A DNA stretch of 64,000 nt from Azolla caroliniana (Eukaryota > Plantae > Polypodiophyta): positions 2,790,001 to 2,854,000 of the forward strand of contig JBHGNT010000022.1 in NCBI GenBank assembly GCA_043228905.1. Direction: 5' to 3'. Positions within the stretch are counted from its first letter, which is position 1, and each line of letters opens with the position of its first letter. Under the pieces are notes generated by a model. That model searched no databases and was not told the origin of the DNA. It saw nothing but the letters and a program-made list of their open reading frames with translations. The translations under genes were made by a program, and so were the position numbers. Shown here in pieces: positions 14,191 to 26,404 of this stretch.

Positions 14191-14258
14191 GTGTTGGTGT
14201 AATGGTAATGGGGGAACACTCCAACCGCCAGGTTGGAGGTTCGAGTCTCCCCGCACCA
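14191..14258 (+). other. Degenerate tRNA-like sequence (tRNA pseudogene or SINE head)
   Basis: A-box-like TGGTGTAATGG (14195-14205) and B-box GGTTCGAGTC (14238-14247) at tRNA spacing. I could not fold a full cloverleaf. Confidence 0.5.
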
Positions 14259-17200
14259 ACATACATGTATCTCACTCGTACCATTCGGTACACCCCTTGA
14301 TGGACTATGTAAAAACATGACTTCGTGTGAGTTGTAGCCTTCAGGCGAGCCAAAGAAAAGAAAAGAAAAGAAAAAATCGTGGGTTGATTAGCATTTATAG
14401 GGTTGGACGTTGCTTTTACAAGCGATTGCTAATCGCTCGTATCATCGTTGCTCCATTGAGTCTCTGCAAAGGCCAACATCTAAGGCTGAACAAGAATGGA
14501 AAGTACATAACTCTACTTATGGAGATAGTCGCAGATCTTAAAACATCGTTTGGCATTCTAGATTGTGACTTGTAGCGAAAGTCTTCATTTGGACAATTTT
14601 GATTAGGGGTATTCCTTTTGGGATTATCTCTAATGTTGTGTGGGCTACCAACAGGCAATTACTTCTTTTGCAATGTTCAAGTGGAAGATAATACTCATCG
14701 TTTCATGTAATGTTCAATTGCTTGTTAGATTTGGAGTTACGGTTCTCAAATTTGGCATGTTTTGTTGTCATGGTGTTATTTGGACGCCAAGACAATGGGT
14801 GTTTGCACAATTCACATAGGTTGACCCAAAATCACATACAGAGATAATTTTCCTATTTTAGAGATATTGGGGATTGTATCATAATTGGGATATGCACAAT
14901 ACTTCTGTATTTGATAGTAGGTATGGAATCAAAGCATATCTACGTAAGTTGAAGGGAGTACTAATGTGGCAATTTTCTTTATTAGAGCAAGTAGAAATTC
15001 TTTCCTCAGTTGAGTGTTTGTCTTGCCTATTAGCATTTCAAATTGTATAGTCGTAACCATACTCTATTGTGATACCCATTTTAAGTTGTGTTTTTCACAC
15101 AGAAAAAACGAGGAATCGGGGAACCTTGCCATAGGGCTCAAAGTCATCCCCAAAGTCGACCTTCTGGGGTGAACCGGAGGAACCCTTGAGTTGGAGATAT
15201 GATCAAACTATCTTGGAGAGCCAATCATTTTTTGGGCACAGATGTTTCCTCGAATCGTCTATATCCACTATTAAAATGTGAAAGACGAACAGATAGATAG
15301 ATTCGTATGTAGGTAGGTAAAAAATCAAGGAAATTTGGATGTAGGCAAAAAGCAAACATCATGGCAACCGGAAACTTGGTGGTCATGGGCCCAAAAAACC
15401 TATGACTGGATCATTGTGCCTTAGTGCTATATGATATCATCTTTAAGTTGTAGATAAGTAAGTGATCCTAGAGCGCAAAGCGCTTGCTCATCTGCACCGA
15501 GATAATACACCCTAAATGAAAACTCCTTACTACTCTCCAATAACCATCAACCCCTAACATTATTGGATACTAAGCGTTTTGGGACCTAGAGATGCATTGT
15601 TGGATCCTTTCTCAAAGTACAAATTGAAAATGCTTTGTTAGCATAAAGGAATGGAGCTCATTCGCTATGACCTACAATTCTAGATGTAGTACATTCAAGA
15701 AGAGGGAAAATGGCTTCTATTTCAAAGCCATTTGTTTGATTTGCAATAGCCTCGACAATCCTTCTTGACATTGACACGTGTTTGGATCTTCAAAAATTTA
15801 TCAATATGTTTGTATAGTTCGATGTTTGATCCACCTTTTGTTGATACATGAGTCGATGTAATAAGAATAGTATACTTATGAATGTGAGAGTTATTGCACT
15901 CATTATGAACATTACGAAATGTCACGCAAAGCAAAACTTTGGGGTTAGCTTCTAGCCTTGTGGACAGTGGTGTGAATGGTGAGCTTTCAATTCATGAATC
16001 TCTTGAATTCAAACAAGTTCAAAAAAGCTTTCGGAAGGTTTGGTTGAATATGAGATCACTTGGATTTTTTGGAAATACACTCTCATGGGGTGCTAGATCG
16101 GAGAATACAAGACCTAAGTCAAACATAAAGCCCACAACCATTTATTCACAAACACTCTTTTTCACATCAAGAGTTGGTTAAGTAGCTTTCAAGACCACAA
16201 GTGATACTATATTTTAAGCACACACCAAAGACATGATTGAAGGTCAAATACCACAATTTACTCTAGTTTTGTGTTTAAAACAAAAGGCTTGGAATTGTCT
16301 CATGTACAAGAGATTCATCTAGAGATAATGTATACCAAAAGAAGATTGTTCAATTGCAATCTTGGGTAAAAACATATATGAAAGTGCATAAGGTAGCATT
16401 GTAAAGTAGAAGTTCAAGTATCACCATACATGTTACACAAGAAACTTTGATATCGATACTAGTGTGGTGAGAGACATCTTATCATGGGAAGAAATTTTCA
16501 ATTTTGTTGCTTTATAACACAATATTGGGGGTAGATAATCGTGCAACCCAATGATCTTGATCAAAAAATAATTGGTCAAATAAAGATGTGTGCTTGAAGG
16601 AACGCGCCCCTTTGAGCTCCATTGTCTCTTTGGTGTCTCAAAGCTTCAATAAGCTCAATGTAAGCTATTGAGACGAACGACTAAGTTTGAAAAGTAAAAG
16701 AAGCAATGACGAAAAAGAAGAGAAGTGATGTACCCATACAAAGAATAGGTCTAAATGGAAGAGTTTAGACCTCCCAAGACCACCCACCAAATCCATACCA
16801 TAGCATTATGTTTTTTAAAATACTTTTATCTTAATTTTTTAATCTTATCCAAATGTTCCCTCTTAAACTACAAAATCAACTAAGCTTTTAATGGTCTCCA
16901 CTCAACTAATCCTAATCAATTCGATCCAATGGGTAAACAAACATCTGTGGCCTCACAGTTACAACTTTTTCAAATTGTACAAACTAAGCATGATGTTGTA
17001 ATAATAATGAAAGTTGATATAGATATAGAACTATATTTATAACGAGCACATGCCAAATCCAATTTGAACTTTATTGTGCTCTAGATTTGTATCCAAAGAT
17101 TCGCTTTCCCTTCGATTACTTGTATTGCAATTTAAAGCCATCTATTTGAATTAACCACCAAAGTTTATGGACTTAAAATACACCAACTACAACCAAAGTA

Positions 17201-17825
17201 CTCAAATCTGTCATTTTAAAGCCATGGTTAAAGTGAACACTAAAAACCAAAGTAACTGAATGTGCCATTGTGAATGGTGGCCAAAGTGGAGACTAAAAAA
17301 CCACAACTAATGTAGTCGAGTGTGCCACTATAAAGCCATGACTAAACTGGACACTAAAAACTAGATATGCATTGGAGACCCTCACTTGCTCAGTTCTATG
17401 GTGATAATAGGATCACAATTTTTTTGGCTAGACATGAAACCATCCTATCCCAATGATGAACCCTCAACTAAAAGATTGCATTTAAGCAAGGGTTTAGGGT
17501 AACATATAATATACATTTGTATGCAATTATTCATTAGTTCATCCATTAAAGCAAAAAGCCACTTCTACGGTCACATGTAAATTTTGAATTCAGCTATGGT
17601 AACAAAAATCATTCTAACAGAACAGTAGCTGATGATGAAAAAGAAACACGAATAACATTTTCAAAAAGCAAATAAAACTACACTGACATCCGAACAATGT
17701 TCTCTCTTACAAAACTCAATTGCAAAAAGGAAATGTTGTTCTTTCTCAACGAAAGTAGCATTAACAAGGAACCTGGATGTGGATCCAAGGAAAATACAAT
17801 GGAGAGCGCTGAATTGTGATGTGTT

Positions 17826-20800
17826 CTAATCAAAAAGGCTGAAGCCCATATCATCATCTGACTCTTCTTCAGGTTCGGCCTTTTTCTCTTCGACAGCTGC
17901 TGCTGCTGGTGCAGAAGATTCTCCACCACCAAGAGGAGCTGCAGTTGATGCTGAAGCTGCAACTGCAAACTTGGATGGATCCTATATATAGAAAAAATTC
18001 AATAATCACTCCTTAAAAACAGACAAGTAAATAAAAACAGATTTAAAGGATGATTCAAAAAGACAAGCAGGTAGATAAACACACATTTAAACAATGATTT
18101 AAAAAGGCTTTTGATCTTCAATCATTTAACAAGCATTCAAAATCACGCATTAATCAAATCAGAATAATAAAAAACTCACTTAAATTTATATAGAGCATGT
18201 CATACAAAATTATGATACAAGAGTAAATATCATTTGCTGAAAAACATTTGAGAATACAATATTCAAGAGGGTCAAAAGTAACCATCCAAAAGCATTCAAT
18301 TTTTCTAAAACATTATAACAGATTCAACTATAAAAAACATTGAAATTCAGAAAAATTCAGCCAGTGAACATCAAAGACCTTCTAAATTGATATAAACAGA
18401 AATGATCAATCAAAGAAAAGCTTTTCAGAATCGTGTACAATATTCAAAGAAAAGCATTGAAATTTACACAACACTATCAAACACCTAATTGATGATAAGC
18501 ATTTGCAGATAGAAGAAGCCAAAACATACATTAAAAAATAATCTAAATTTATAAATGAAATAAAACAAAAACGAAAGCATCACATTTTACTTTAAAAAAT
18601 CCAACAATCCATCATTGAGAATTCAATTGCATCTAAAAGGACCAGCAAAACAAGCAAAAAACAACCAGACACTTACCTTCAAAAACTCCTTGATCTGATC
18701 AGCTTGAGGGAATGAATACGAGGTTTCAATTGCAACAGATACAACATTCTTATAAGCATTTGCAAACATGTGAGGAGCAGCTGCAAGGGTAGGATAGCTC
18801 AAACCCAAGGATAATGCTGCAACCATAGAAACACCAGTCGCAAATTTCTCGATAAGATCTTCTTCAGTAAGATCCAGGACTGCAGGATCAAACACTGACC
18901 CACTGTCATATACCGTCTGGACTACTAAACCATAAGAAAATGGTCTTATTGCGAGCTTTGCAAGCAATGCAGCCTCTGAAGAACCCACTTTCTCACCCTT
19001 GTGGATAAGCTCCACAGGGGCTATAATTTCGACAGTACCCTTGTTAATCTTGGTGGGAATGTTAAGGACCTATAAATGCCAAGCAAAATCACAATCAAGT
19101 AGGGATAAGGAAATAGAATTATCCATCTTGTCCTTAAATACTTACAAAAAGTATTCTTGACAATATTCCAGATTAGTTTCATGAGAAAGAGTTTCAGTTG
19201 AAGGAATTCTCATTTATGTTGACTGAAAGAGAGAGAGAGAATGAAAGAAAGAAAGATATATTAACGTCTTCTAAGGCCAAAATTGGCCCATGAGACAATT
19301 GGTTTACAACAAAATGGGATATTTACCCATTCATCGAAAGTAAACAATGAAATAAAAGTGCTAGAAAGCTCCCTAAATTCAGATTACGGAATTTCTCAGG
19401 TATATCTACTAAGAAAGTGTGCAAGATTAATCAATGCAATCTGGAAATTGATTTGAAGGAAGGAGCTAAAGTACAATAATCATGCATATAACTAGCAAAG
19501 AACAATGATTGGTTTTAAATCGATCAAATTGTGCATTGAATCGATATAGAACATTAATAGCCATAATGGTGAGAGGTAATAGCTTCTTAGTATAATACAT
19601 GATATATAGTCATCCTACAGTCGTCCATCATGATTTAATCATATTATTTCTATTAATCATGATATAATCCATAATCAGGGCTAAGAGAGATGATATCCTT
19701 AAAAGGGAAGAAATAATACTTAATCAAATCATTAATCTACGAAAAATCTATTCATTTCATATCTAAGAATTTTAATCATGCTTATATTCCCATACAAAAT
19801 AAACAAAGTTCCGCTTAATAAACAATTTGAAGAAGGCATACCTGGAAGAAAGATGTCTGAGAGGGATCCAGACCAGTGTTTCCAGGGGGAACAACAACAT
19901 CAATAGGCGCTACAAGACCAACCCTAGCAGGAGCTCCAACCTAGCATTGTACCAAATGTGTATTAATACTCAATATCATGACAAAGAAACACAGATAAAG
20001 CACTTCACACATGATAGGCAAACGAAGATATGTGATTAATAGATAACGTCAAAACAATTCGATTTTAAGAATATAATAGCACAAATTCAGCAACACGACA
20101 AGTTCAAAAACAATTAAGCACAATGCCAGATAATAAATATATTATCAAGATTTCACAAAGAAATGGTGAGACACCATCAAATAGAGATGATCGCGTAATA
20201 GCATCATACCTTGTACTTCGCAATCTCTTCACGGACTTCCTTCAGATCACCCTTAGTAAAGATGAGACCAACATTTCCCTGAATAGTGAAAGATGAAGAT
20301 TGTCATTTACAGAAGGGATAAAAAAACATGCATATGTCTAGAGAATGGACATAAACCACATTGCCAATTTCTTAACGGACTGATTATGGACATACCTAAA
20401 TTCTATGTTCCACATAAAAAGACCACGAATGATACCGCAGGACAAGAAGCAGATTGGGGAACATATGATTGTTTTCATGCACAAGGTTACAAATAATACA
20501 ATATAAAACATAACGCAAATAAGAGCAAAATATTTAAGTAAGAATCATATCAAAAGATGTGGTTTTGGTGCAACAATTCAACTAAAGGAACAAGCAATTC
20601 AGTGGAAACATAATCAAAGTAGTGAGCATTAGAACGAAAATCTAATAAACCGAACACGGGCTTCCATGAAAGCCAAACTGATGGAACGAAGAGGAACGTG
20701 ATTTGTATGAATAAATATGCATAAGAAAAAGTTTTTTGGAAAATCGAAGCTAAAAGAGGATAGTTTTCGTGAAGATACATATTTCTGTGAGAAACTTAAG

Positions 20801-21370
20801 CAAAAGAGCATGACATATGGGAAAGCTTAACTGAAAGAGTAACATTCTAAACAGAGAAAGCAAGCATTTGATTTCCAAAAAAACAGCATAGATACAAGAC
20901 TTAAGGTGCAAAATGAAAACGAAGGAACAAAGACTTTGCTGGACGATCCAACCAAAGGAATGAGGGCATTTCATGCGAGAAATTCGCAAGCGAGGGAATA
21001 ATTACGATGGAATTATATATGAGGAATCCAGCAACGAAGAAGCAACATGCCCGCATTATAATCAGTCAGAAAATCACATGCAAACATTTACACATAAAGA
21101 TAGAGTACTTACAACTAGCAAAGGGAGAATATTAAGCCACTGAGTGTTGCCAGATTTCTCACAGTAGATACGAATTGTCCTCTTCATCATTGTATTCTTC
21201 CCCATCAGAACAACAGAGTCAGGACGGAGACCCTTCCTGATACCTTGCATCTGTGTAGATCCAACGTTGTCAGCAGCACAGATCAGCACACGCTCATATT
21301 GTTCCAGAAGCTCACACATCTTCTTGTCATAATGAACCTTCTTCTCCGCCTTTGTCCCCTTAAACCCCAT
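17826..21370 (-). CDS. RPP0: 60S acidic ribosomal protein P0 (uL10). Exons: 21113-21370, 20210-20278, 19842-19940, 18677-19069, 17826-17981 (324 aa)
   Basis: Motifs [75 protein letters not shown] and [11 protein letters not shown], plus the P-protein C-terminus [14 protein letters not shown]. Confidence 0.97.
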
Positions 21371-21463
21371 AGCTACAGTCGCAAGAAAGACAGCAAAGAA
21401 ATAATAGAATCACGGAAAGAAGTGGAGATGGAGATGGGGAAAGATTGTGTACAAATGTGTTAG

Positions 21464-21500
21464 AAACCCTAATTCCTTAGTGTGTGTGTCAGAAACCCTA
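21464..21500 (+). promoter_or_regulatory. Two telo-boxes (AAACCCTA) in the RPP0 promoter/5' region
   Basis: AAACCCTA at 21464 and 21493, about 95-130 bp upstream of the ATG. Telo-boxes are characteristic of plant ribosomal protein genes. Confidence 0.65.
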
Positions 21501-21660
21501 AAATGCTTCTGTTTGATGATAAACTGTAGGGGGCCAAGCCAGAGAGAAGTATCACTGGACAAGGTGGACTGCTGTCTCTTTAACCCTAAAGAAGAAACCA
21601 TGGCTATGGAGAAGAAGCAGAATATATAGACACAGAGACAACGGGGGAGGGTTGCCCTAG

Positions 21661-21989
21661 CTTAACCATGGTTAAGGGACTAGAGCTAAATTCTCACTTA
21701 ACCATGGTTAAGCCACTTGAGTTAAGTTCTCACGTAACCATGGTTAAGACACTTGAGTTAAGTTCTCACTTAACCATTGTTAAGGGCCAAGGCACTTGAG
21801 TTAAGTTTTCACTTAACCATGGTTACGACACTTGAGCTAAGTTCTCACTTAACCATGGTTAAGGGACATGAGTTAAGTTATCAATTAACCATGGTTAAGG
21901 CACTTGAGCTAAGTTCTCACCCAACTATGGTTAAGAGACTTGAGTTAAGTTCTCACTTAACCATGGTTAAGGTACTTGAGCTAAGTTCT
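21661..21989. repeat. 36-bp minisatellite with palindromic core CTTAACCATGGTTAAG, about 9 units, upstream of RPP0
   Basis: Cores near 21661, 21697, 21733, 21769, 21812, 21848, 21884, 21920 and 21956. Confidence 0.92.
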
Positions 21990-22447
21990 TAGTGCTCACT
22001 AATGCACAACATAACTAGTAGGCGACGCATGTGATAGTGCTTCCAATGCTACCATTGATAATGATCAAGAGAACCCAAATTGATCCCCTGTTGTATCCCT
22101 CACCACTTAATTCCTCCGAATGAACATATTTTATCGTGTTACCTTATGGGGTAATGGAAATGGCGGACATGCCTTCCTATAGACCTATAAATATTTGGTT
22201 AATCTCTAGCCAACCTTCTAGACGTCTCCTAGAGGAGAACTAAAATACAAAAATATACCTTTTTAAGTGTTGAATGTGTCTTTGAATGCCATATTGACCA
22301 TGGAAGACAAAAGTGTCCCTCATATGCTAATTATGCCCATTGTTGTTGGGTGGGGGTTACGTGTGGGGGGAGAGAAGGAGAGAGACACACACATAGAATG
22401 AGAGGGAAAATGAAAATGAGTGGAAGAACACAAGTTGAGGGGTAACA

Positions 22448-23760
22448 CCTGTAAACCCATTGGCAAGGTAGGGGCTTCCTTTTGGTTGGTAGTTCGACCA
22501 ACGCCCATGTGTCATTTTATCGAATTGACTCCATCTCGGATCGCATGGCTTGCTGCCATGTTTCAGCATCTAGCGTGGCCATGGCTTCTACATAGGACCA
22601 CGATTCACCTATGTCCATAAAGTGGACGTAGTCCAAGCCTGGTTGATAGAACTCTGTCAGCTTTCGGACTCATCCGGATCTCCTTAGTGCCAAATTGATA
22701 GGTTCGGATTCTTCAACCTAAGAGTTTGGTCGGTTGCATTTTGTGAACTTTTGTCCGATGGAGATTTATTTGGGGATTCTCTTTGGTCATGATCTTGCTT
22801 ATGTGTTGGATCTACCCCTACCTTAGGAGTATTCGACCAGTGAGTTGATACCTTGGCCAATTCGGATTGGTCATTTGGCATTGTGGCCGATTCGGCCCTG
22901 GTCATTTTTCTAGCCGATTGGAATTTGGTTATTGAACCATTTGCCGATTGGGGTTCAGTTGGGGGGTTGATGGCCGAATCGGGTTTAGTATATGACATTT
23001 TGGTCTCAGAATCAGATTGGGAGAGATCAAAACTGACTCTCTTACCGATTCAGGGCTGTTTACAGGCCGAGATGATCGAATATTCATTGAAAACCACGTC
23101 ACTCTGGATCAAATTCCAGTTCTCTAGGTTCCATAGCATGTAGCCAAAGTTATCGTCCGTCCCATATCCAAGAAAGGCGTATTTTCTTGAATGGGGGTGC
23201 CAGCTTGGTTCATTTATCCCTCAATACATATGCATAAGTCTCGCACCCGAATATGTGAAGCCGATTGTAACTCGCATTTCGGCTCAACCATAGTGCTTTT
23301 GGCACTTGAAGCTTGATTGCTTTTGATGGTGACAGATTTATCAGGTATACTATAAATCTAGCTTTAGTCCTGCTTGTTGGAGCATAGCCGTCATTAGTTC
23401 TTGTACAGTCCACTTCATCCGTTCGGCCACACCATTTTGCATGTGTAGAGGATGGTCCTTTGGTGCCGGATCCCGTTTTTTACTTTGTAGCCGGATCGGT
23501 TTTCAACTTCAGTCATTCACCAAGCGAAAACCTCAAGCGCTTCATCCTTGGACTTAATTGAGTAAGCCTAAACTTCTCATGTACAATCATCGACGAAAGT
23601 GATGAAGTACCCTGAGCCGCTAAGAGATCTTTTGGGCATCAACCTGCAGATGTTGGTATGAATTAGCTCTAGGGGTTGTTGTACCGTCTCGTAGTGCAAA
23701 GAGTGAGGACTTCGGATCTGCTCCCTATATCGACAATGCTTGCAAAAGTCCGTTTCAACA
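22448..23760 (-). mobile_element. Degenerate Ty1/copia fragment K (integrase through start of RT); outermost host of the nest
   Basis: Minus strand reads LHIFGCETYAYV and FLGYGTDDNFGY (copia INT C-terminus), then SYVEAM..W.QAM.SEMESI..NDTWALVELP...CQWVYR (start of copia RT). Contains stops and frameshifts. Confidence 0.8.
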
Positions 23761-24741
23761 TGTTAGAGTTTTGGTATGCAACCGATTGCCGATAGACGTT
23801 CCACTCCGGCTTACGCCATATGGCCGAGTCGGCCATGCCACAACGATGTTGTCAGCACTTAGGCTATGTTCAATGATTTCTCTGGATTGATTATTGTGAG
23901 CGGGTACACATTGTTGTACTTCACGCAATGGCCAATTCTCAGATTCCCTCTCGTGATATGCCATGATGACTCGCTCAATGTTGTCCTATACCCATCTTTG
24001 TCACGGACGGGTAGAGCAAGGTAGAACAGAATAGAGCTAGGCAAGAGCAAAGTAGAGCAAAGCTAGGGTAGATGACAAGATACTGAGAGATGAGTAAGAA
24101 GCAGAAGACAAAATACTGAGAGATGAGCGAGAAGTAGAAGATAGATGACGTTGAATATTTGATTCCGTAACTGGTGTTGTTCACCTTGATTGGGATCAAG
24201 GTGAACCCTTGTATTTATACAATTCCAGGAGTTCTGCATGCAAGTAGAGGGAGTTTCATGTAGGAGCTTCTAGAAAGTTCCAAAACTTTTTGGAACATCA
24301 GCAAGAGATATCATGATTTTATGTTTGATCAATTGGCTAGACTAATTGACTACATAAACAAAGTCATGGGTTCGAAACCCATCTTGACTTGACATATATA
24401 TATGACATTATCGTCCCTTTAAGGCCACCCTTGAAAACTCCGCCTTAGTTTCTGTGGATATCGTTTATGAAATGCCCGAACTACGTCCGGGGCATGCTTG
24501 AGATGTTGTGTCAGCTCCCATGTTGCTTCGGAAATTGGGTATCAGATCAAGGTGAACCCTTGTATTTATACATGTGCATGAGCTTCTAGAAAGTTCCATA
24601 ACTTTTTGGAACATCAGAAAGGGATATTGAACCTATATGTATTGGCATTTACATCATGATTCTATGTTTGATCAATTGGCTAAACTAATTGACTACATAG
24701 ACAAAGGCGTGGGTCCGAAACCCAATATCTTGACTTGACGT

Positions 24742-26404
24742 TGTCGCGAAGATTCCACCGGGGTCTTGGACTGGGGAGGATGTTCGCAGAATTATTGAAG
24801 AGATGACGATCAATGTAAGATTAGATGAAATTTGTTCACTTGAGAAGAAGAAAGATTGTACACTTGAGAAGTAGAAATATATGAAGAAGATAAAGACAAA
24901 TATAATTATATTGATGATAGTGGTGTTGGTGATATCACATATTGAGCCCCCCTTACACAAGCCCAACTAGAGGCTTTTATAGGTCTTTCCATGCTTGTGA
25001 CATGCACAAAACCATGGGCTAAAACCATGGTTTTGTTTTGTGCACACGGTTTTGCTTATGTTATGCACAAACCATGGGTTTAGAACCATGGTTTTGTGCA
25101 CATGGTTTTCTATGGCTGTTTCATCTATAATTCGTATATAGAAAGGAAATACATAAAATCGACACTATATGATAGTTGTCCTAATGGTAAGGCAAACATC
25201 TTGTATCTTAGAGGTGCAAGGTTCAAACCTTGCTTGCACCCGTCAGTATGAACTCAAGTGCCACTAGGCCTTAGGCTTATTTGCTAAGTGCATGTGCAAT
25301 GTTGCACATCCTTGGTTTATTCATCTCACTAGGTTTCACACCGTAGCCGAAAATCGTCACGACATCCACCCCCACCAAACCCGCACATCCTCTGGTATGT
25401 GCCGAGAAAGGTGAAGAGGTGAGATCTTTGGCAACGGTCATCAACCGAGTTTCTCCGCACGCTCGTCGACCTCGTCTGACTTTGTCTTCCACTTCGAGTA
25501 TACCCAATCTTTCCAACCGAACCACCGTAGCCACCCGATCTACCATATCCGGTGCTCACACCTTCTTCGCCGGTCGGTTGTAGTAGATCTACCGAACGAT
25601 GTCGTCGATCTGACCGCTCTTCCTTCGTCCACCGCGTGTGTCCTTCGATTGGACTCTGGGCCACTCCTCGCATTCACCATCTTCAACTGGGTGTTGTGGA
25701 TCGTTCGTGTCGATCTCCGATTAGGCCGGGTTTGCCCTTGTCCGGATCGGTCTCCGCCGATCGCTTCTCGGCTGGGTTGACCTTCGTCTCCATTCGCATT
25801 TCGCCGAGTCGGGCTCAACCGATTGATTCCGGCCTGGTCGGCCCCCTTTTGGATCGGGATCATCCGATCGATTTCCTCTGAATCAAGTTTCGGCCGGGTC
25901 GGCTCCAGTCGATCATCTCCCATGTGGATCTTCCTTCGTTCGGGCTGGAATCCCGGCCGGATCGTCTTCCGGTTCGATCGGTTCTCGACTCTTCCTTCCT
26001 TCCTGCATGTCGCCTCTCCATCGAATTCAAACGCGGCTTCATCCTTGGCCTCCTCGTCGGCCACATCCTTCCCTCCGTGTATGCTCGCCTCGAGCCATAT
26101 TGTCTCCTCTCCGCCACCTCCTTTATCTTCGGTCTTATGTCGACACACGGTCTCGACTGCCAAAGTCTCCGGAACCGGTGTGAAGGAATCCCTTCGCTCA
26201 TGCACATTTACCTTGTCTTCCTCATCGCCCTTCCGATCCTCCGCTTTTTCGTTAACACATTCCGTCTCTCCGGTCTCATGTGCACAACCGCCGACGTCTC
26301 TAGAATAGGTGTGGGGATATCCTTTTGTCCTCGATCTTCTTCCTCCTTGTGTTGGGCCTTCGTCTTCTCGTCACCACCTTCCATCTCTCCGGTCTCACGT
26401 TGGC
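24742..26404 (-). mobile_element. Truncated Ty3/gypsy element L (same lineage as B/D/F): 3' LTR 24742-25364, PPT 25365-25380, about 1 kb of unassigned internal sequence
   Basis: TGTCG...CGACA termini. PPT GTTTGGTGGGGGTGGA on the minus strand. The same pre-PPT hairpin as B/D/F is at 25383-25402. Confidence 0.75.

Noticed and set aside
14191-14258. Functional tRNA gene
   Set aside because: Acceptor and anticodon arms do not fold canonically and there is no clear T-run terminator; kept only as a tRNA-like relic.
14300-17400. Possible decayed transposon or gene between TATC and RPP0 (also 1-1250 and 6830-8600)
   Set aside because: Only short ORFs, with no motif, termini or TSD that I can support.
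17982-21112. Intronic snoRNAs in RPP0
   Set aside because: No convincing C/D or H/ACA box pair with a terminal stem found by eye; an Infernal/snoscan search would be needed.
21661-21989. CRISPR-like array (36-bp period, palindromic repeat)
   Set aside because: The intervening sequences are near-identical rather than unique spacers, there are no cas genes, and the context is eukaryotic.
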